Below, piece by piece: positions 59,496 through 64,000 of a stretch of DNA of 64,000 nt (positions are counted from its first letter, which is position 1; each line of letters starts with the position of its first letter). Position numbers and translations under genes: made by a program. The notes below the pieces were generated by a model, which made no database searches, was not told where the DNA came from, and was given only the letters and a program-made list of their open reading frames with translations. Source of the DNA: Candidatus Fermentibacterota bacterium (GTDB taxonomy: Bacteria > Fermentibacterota > Fermentibacteria > Fermentibacterales > JCC-6); assembly GCA_963845085.1 (NCBI GenBank), contig CAWJQI010000004.1:352001-416000 (forward strand), read 5' to 3'.

Positions 59496-61019
59496 CTATC
59501 TCACTAGCACCACCCGCGTGGAAGCCTCGAGTTCATCGCTGGAGAGCCTCAGGAAGTACACCCCCTGGGCCAGGGCGTGCCCGTTCCCGTCGAGGCCGTC
59601 CCAGTAGTGGGTTTGCGAACCCATGGGCAGGATTCCCAGATCCTGCGTCCTCACCAGACGCCCTGCGGCATCGAAGATCTCGAGTGTCAGGGGGGAGAGC
59701 CCGATGCCCTGGAAGGAGAGTTCGATTCCAGCAGCCGTGGGGTTGGGCGAGGCATGAAGCAAACTCGATTCCATCCCCGGAGATGGTTCGATCCCTGTGT
59801 AAGGTTCCCATCGAGCTATGCCATTGGCACGTTCACCACCGGCCTCGGTGAAGTATCCTCCCACATACAAGCCTGAACCACTCACTACGATGTCGGCACT
59901 ACCATTCTGCACACCGCTTCCAAGAGAATGCCAGGAACTGCCGTCCCACATGGCAATGCCATCTAGGTCGTCATAGGGAGACCAGCTGGGATACCAGAAT
60001 AATCCTCCAACATAAACGTCCGAGCCACTCAAGACGATGTCGTAGACTTCGTCGTTCAATACGCCTCCCATTGCTGACCAGCAGCTGCCATCCCATCGGG
60101 CAACGTAATTGGCAGGGTTCCCTCCGGCCTGGGTGAAGCCTCCTCCCACATACACGTCCGAACCGCTCACAGCGACGGCCCAGACCCAGTTGTTCACACC
60201 GGTTCCGAGCGCTGACCAGCTGCTGCCATCCCATCGGGCAATACGGTTGGCTGGGTTCCCACCGGCTTGGGAGAACTCTCCTCCCACATACACGTCCGAG
60301 CCACTCACGGTGATAGCGTAGACATAGTCGTTAACACCGCTTCCCATTGCTGACCAGCTGCTGCCGTTCCATCGGGCGATGTAGTTGGCAGGATTCCCCC
60401 CTGCCTGGGTGAAGTTGCCTCCCACATACACGTCCGAGCCGCTCACAGCGATAGCCCAGACACGTTTGTTCACACCGCTTCCCAGTTCTGACCAGCTGCT
60501 GCCATCCCATCGGGCGATGTAGCTGGCGGGGTTGCCACCGGCCTGGGTGAACCACCCCCCCGCATATACATCCGAGCCGCTGACAGCGATGGCCCAGACC
60601 ATGTCGTTCACACCGCCACCCAGTTCTGACCAAGAACTGCCATTCCAACTGGCTATGTGGTTGACAGTGCTCCCCCCGGCCTGGTTGAACCACCCCCCCG
60701 CATACAAAACGCCTGTATCGCTGTAGTCGATGGCATAGACCGGCGCGTCAACACCTCTTCCCAGCGGGTACCAGGTCCCTTCCATGTCCTGCCCGGCAGG
60801 AGGGAAAAGGGGTTCCCAGGGTGAAGAGTCCTCTTCCACGAACAGAGGTTCCCCACCTGGACCGTATTCCATGTGGAAACCGGTGGGGTCGAAACTCCCC
60901 GTAGCCCCCTCCATTATCTCTCCGCCTGAAGTCAGTGCTGTCCCCAAGGAGGGTAGCGTCTCGGAAAATGCCACAGAGGCGCTCAGAAGTAGAGCAGCTA
61001 AAAGGTTCCATGCTCTCAT
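59496..61019 (-). CDS. Secreted repeat (beta-propeller-like) protein with T9SS type A / FlgD-Ig C-terminal domain
   Basis: Signal peptide; 46-aa repeats GGxFTQAGG...IARWDGSSWS..G.GVN; CTD SPNP...IFDAAGRLV...WDG...GVYFLRL. Confidence 0.85.
   Translation of the reverse strand: MRAWNLLAALLLSASVAFSETLPSLGTALTSGGEIMEGATGSFDPTGFHMEYGPGGEPLFVEEDSSPWEPLFPPAGQDMEGTWYPLGRGVDAPVYAIDYSDTGVLYAGGWFNQAGGSTVNHIASWNGSSWSELGGGVNDMVWAIAVSGSDVYAGGWFTQAGGNPASYIARWDGSSWSELGSGVNKRVWAIAVSGSDVYVGGNFTQAGGNPANYIARWNGSSWSAMGSGVNDYVYAITVSGSDVYVGGEFSQAGGNPANRIARWDGSSWSALGTGVNNWVWAVAVSGSDVYVGGGFTQAGGNPANYVARWDGSCWSAMGGVLNDEVYDIVLSGSDVYVGGLFWYPSWSPYDDLDGIAMWDGSSWHSLGSGVQNGSADIVVSGSGLYVGGYFTEAGGERANGIARWEPYTGIEPSPGMESSLLHASPNPTAAGIELSFQGIGLSPLTLEIFDAAGRLVRTQDLGILPMGSQTHYWDGLDGNGHALAQGVYFLRLSSDELEASTRVVLVR
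60010..60699 (-). repeat. Five tandem 138-bp coding repeats
   Basis: Motif CACATACACGTCC at 60147, 60285 and 60423 and unit starts at 60561 and 60699 recur at 138-bp spacing. Confidence 0.9.
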
Positions 61020-61335
61020 AGTAATCCTCCTAAACTGGGACATGGAAGCATATACATGAGTGATACTCTGGAACAACATGCAGGTCAATGGACGGTCAGA
61101 CAACACTGAAAATCGCGCCCGAATCTGTCTGAACAGTTCTGTTCATGAGTCTATCCAGGTCAAGAGATGTAAGGAAGGCCGCGGCGTCAACGGCGGCTCG
61201 TTTCACCAGTTGGTTACTTGGTCTTGACTGCCTCGCGGATCCTCCACCCGGATGCAGGCCACGATCTCTCCGAATGCCTCGCAGGTCGTCGCATCGGTTT
61301 CCTAGCATCAAGTGGATTGCTGAAGTTCTTTACAA

Positions 61336-61921
61336 TTATGAGAGCTGTCTTCTTAAGCTTCTCTCCGTCACCAGCCTCCTCTCCCAGTTATCCCCCATCG
61401 CCAGAACCCTTTCGATCTCGATACTGGGCATCTCCAACAACGATAACCACTGAGTTACACTGGCCCTGGACATCCCATGCCTTCTTGCCAGTTCAGCTCT
61501 GGAGATACCGTCTCGCTTCAGTTCCTCAGCGAGTTCGAGGGCGACAACCATGGGATTGCGGAATGTCTTCCGAGGTTATGGTTCCGATTCGCTCGTCGGA
61601 AGTTTTCTGATGATGGTGAAATCTGGGCTTGAGAATTTCGAGCGGGTAGCGGAACGAGGCGCCAGGATTCATATGCGTGTCTCCAAACAACCTTTCAGTT
61701 CCCGATGTGCTCTTCAGACTCTCCAAGTGATTGTTTCAACTGCCATTCAGATGCACAGCCCATTCTTCATCCCGGATGACTCTCATCAGAGCTGATTTCG
61801 GCCAATCGGCATACATCCGGGTTGGACTCCCAACAAGCCTGAATTTGATCAACTTTCGTGAGAAGGGTCTTGTGTTGCCCGGTTCAGCAGGGATCTGCAC
61901 AAACTCCTTGACTTCTTTCAT
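61336..61921 (-). pseudogene. Degraded HTH-containing gene, probable mobile-element remnant
   Basis: ISRAELARRHGMSRASVTQWLSLL HTH; upstream fragments broken by a stop and a frameshift; lower GC. Confidence 0.5.
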
Positions 61922-61977
61922 ACTTTCACCATTGTCCGGAAGTATCCAAACGACCCTTCAACCAGTTGGGAGCAAAA

Positions 61978-62370
61978 ATGAAACAGCTGTTGCTTCTTAT
62001 CATTGCTGCATGCGCGGCACTTGCCGGCCAGACGCCCACGGACGACTCGGAGGACATCACGCTCCCGTCGGATAGGAACATGGACGAGGTCAGAGAGATC
62101 CTGGATGTGTTGAAACCGTCAGTTCAAGAAGCCTACGCAGAACTTCTGGTCACCGCACCTGAAGCTTCGGGAGAAATGACTGTGGGATTCGCCATCACGC
62201 CTGCCGGTGATGTAACCGATCTTGAGGTCACATGCACCGAAGGGCTTGAAACCCTGATTGATCCTGTGACCGAAACGATGACGTCACTTGACTTCGGCAG
62301 CTGTCCCGAACAGGTGGAGAACATTCCCGTCTTCATTCCCGTTTCCCTTGTTCCACCTCTGCAGGAATAG
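61978..62370 (+). CDS. Secreted TonB-C/AgmX-PglI-like domain protein
   Basis: Signal peptide; AY..LL...P..SGEMTVGFAITPAGDV pattern. Confidence 0.6.
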   Translation: MKQLLLLIIAACAALAGQTPTDDSEDITLPSDRNMDEVREILDVLKPSVQEAYAELLVTAPEASGEMTVGFAITPAGDVTDLEVTCTEGLETLIDPVTETMTSLDFGSCPEQVENIPVFIPVSLVPPLQE

Positions 62371-62557
62371 GAAACTGCCTGACCTGGTGAACCAGCACTA
62401 TCTCAAAAACACGCAACGTCTCGTGATGGTTTCGCCGGCCGACTCCAGCCGTATCAAATAGCACCCCGGCTGTTCCCGTTCGGGAAGCAACCGCGTTACG
62501 CCAGGCTTCCCGAAAACATCCCGGGGCAGTTACGGTCTGAGCAATTCAGGATGCGGT

Positions 62558-64000
62558 TCAGGTAATGATGCCCATCTTCTCAAGAAGATCGCGCTGTACG
62601 TTCGGCGGAGTGTTCTCATACCTCAGGAACTGCATTGAAAAGCCGGCGCGTCCCTGAGTGATGCTTCTGACATTACTGGAGTAGCCGAACAATTCGGCAA
62701 GGGGCACCCTTGCGCGCACGTCCCGTGCCTCACCCCTCTGGTCGATGGCGTCGACCTGGCCCCGGCGCGAGTTGATGTCTCCGAGAACGTCTCCGAGATA
62801 GTCGATGGGTGTTATCACATCCAGTGACATGATGGGCTCCCGGATCACGGGCGTTCCGTCCTTCAGGGCGTCGCGAAGGGCCGATGCGGCCGCAGAGGAG
62901 TACCCGAGCTCTGTGGAATCAGTCTCGTGCACCCTGGCTTCGACCACTGTGATCCTCACACCGTCGACTGGAAAACCGGCAAGTGCGCCGGCCCCGATGC
63001 TGCCCCTGATGCCGGCCTTGGCAGCTTCAACGAACGAGGCGGCAGAGACCGGGAACCGTACACTCAACCTCGACTCCCGCAGGCGTCGGCTCGACAAGAA
63101 CAACGGCATGGCCGAAGTTGCCCCTGCCGGCGATCAGCCTTTCGAAAACGCCCTCCCCTCTCCCTGTCCGGGAGACCCCTTCGCGATATGAAACCTGCGG
63201 GTTCCCGGTGTGGACCTGGAGCTTCCGCTCACGCTTGAGCCGGTCCACGACTATCTCGAGGTGAAGCTCGCCCATGCCCATGATAAGGTTCTGCCCGGTG
63301 TCGCGGTCGACCCCGACCTTCAGGCTGGGATCTTCGCTGGTCATCTCGGAAAGGGCATCCTCGAGCGCCTTGTCGTCCCTGGCGCCCACCGGCTCGATCG
63401 CCATCTGCATGACGGGTTCGGCGAACTCGATGGACTCGAGGGTGATGGGCTGGTCGGGTATTGTCAGCGTGTCTCCCGTGGCGGCGTCCTTCATGCCTGC
63501 AGCTGCGATATCGCCGGCCTGGACGGCGTCGAGATGATCGCGTTTGTCCGCGTGCATGCGGACAAGGCGCATCATTCTCTCCTTCTTGCCGGTTCGGTTG
63601 TTGTAAACGGCCTGCCCGTCTTTGGCGGTGCCCGAATAGACCCTCATGTAGGCAAGCCTTCCAAGGTGGGAGTCGGTCTGGATCTTGAAAACAAGCGCCG
63701 TGAACGGCGCGTCGACAGACCTTTCTCTTTGGGCCGGTACCCCCGATGGCGTCCTTCCCGTCACGGGAGGAAGCTCCTCGGGAGCTGGGAGCCAGTTCAC
63801 GATCGCGTCAAGAAGCCGCTGCACGCCGACATTGCGCAGGGCGGCACCGCAGAGAACCGGCACGAAGCGTCTTTCGAGAGTGCCGGTGCGCATGAACGCG
63901 ATGATCTCGGCGGGGCCGAGACCTCCCGAAAAGTAGAGCTCCATGGCTTCCTCGCCGAGGTCGGCCACGGCTTCCTGGATCGCTTCAAGGGCTGCAGCCG
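62558..64000 (-). CDS. fusA: Elongation factor G (3' part; frameshift near 63050)
   Basis: PVLCGAALRNVGVQRLLDAI, RVYSG, EDPS, GMGELHLE, PQVSYRE, EPIM, VPLAELFGY, TQGRA. Confidence 0.92.

Noticed and set aside
60010..60699. Tandem repeats as a CRISPR array or DGR template/variable pair
   Set aside because: Units are in-frame 138-bp coding repeats without unique spacers; no cas or reverse transcriptase gene is in the window.
61160..61230. attC-like sequence (GTAACCAACTGGTGAAAC... on the minus strand)
   Set aside because: No convincing complementary L/R boxes and no integron integrase or cassette array.
61810..61845. Possible tRNA gene
   Set aside because: Only a degenerate T-arm-like motif; no cloverleaf can be built.
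62480..62495. SRP RNA-like GGAAGCA motif
   Set aside because: Lacks the CAGG...GRAA domain IV context.

Overview
GC-rich bacterial chromosome segment. T9SS-like C-terminal domains, PorV/PorP-like barrels and a fusA...rpsJ arrangement without tuf suggest an anaerobic FCB-superphylum lineage, possibly Fermentibacteria-like (inference). Most genes are on the minus strand. Left to right: a 2-oxoacid:ferredoxin oxidoreductase start and a COG2403 (arginine-synthetase-like) gene; a tightly packed 8-gene envelope operon (solute-binding lipoprotein, OB-fold protein with secretion CTD, PorV/PorP-like barrel, helix-hairpin-helix outer-membrane protein, second barrel, 5'-nucleotidase, FAD oxidoreductase, DUF2085) that is the best candidate for an undescribed extracellular DNA/nucleotide harvesting system; cell-envelope sugar genes; rsmA, a TatD-radical SAM fusion, purA, engB, clpX-clpP-tig and tol-pal; a hybrid sensor kinase, mscL and accessory genes (metal-binding Spy/DMT pair, hicAB); the S10-spc-alpha ribosomal cluster (no rpsD, pfkA appended); a ~5 kb block including a lower-GC island with a 138-bp-repeat secreted protein; and a divergent EF-G. 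At least eight single-base frameshifts, including in clpP and fusA, point to consensus indel errors. No rRNA, tRNA or CRISPR array was seen.
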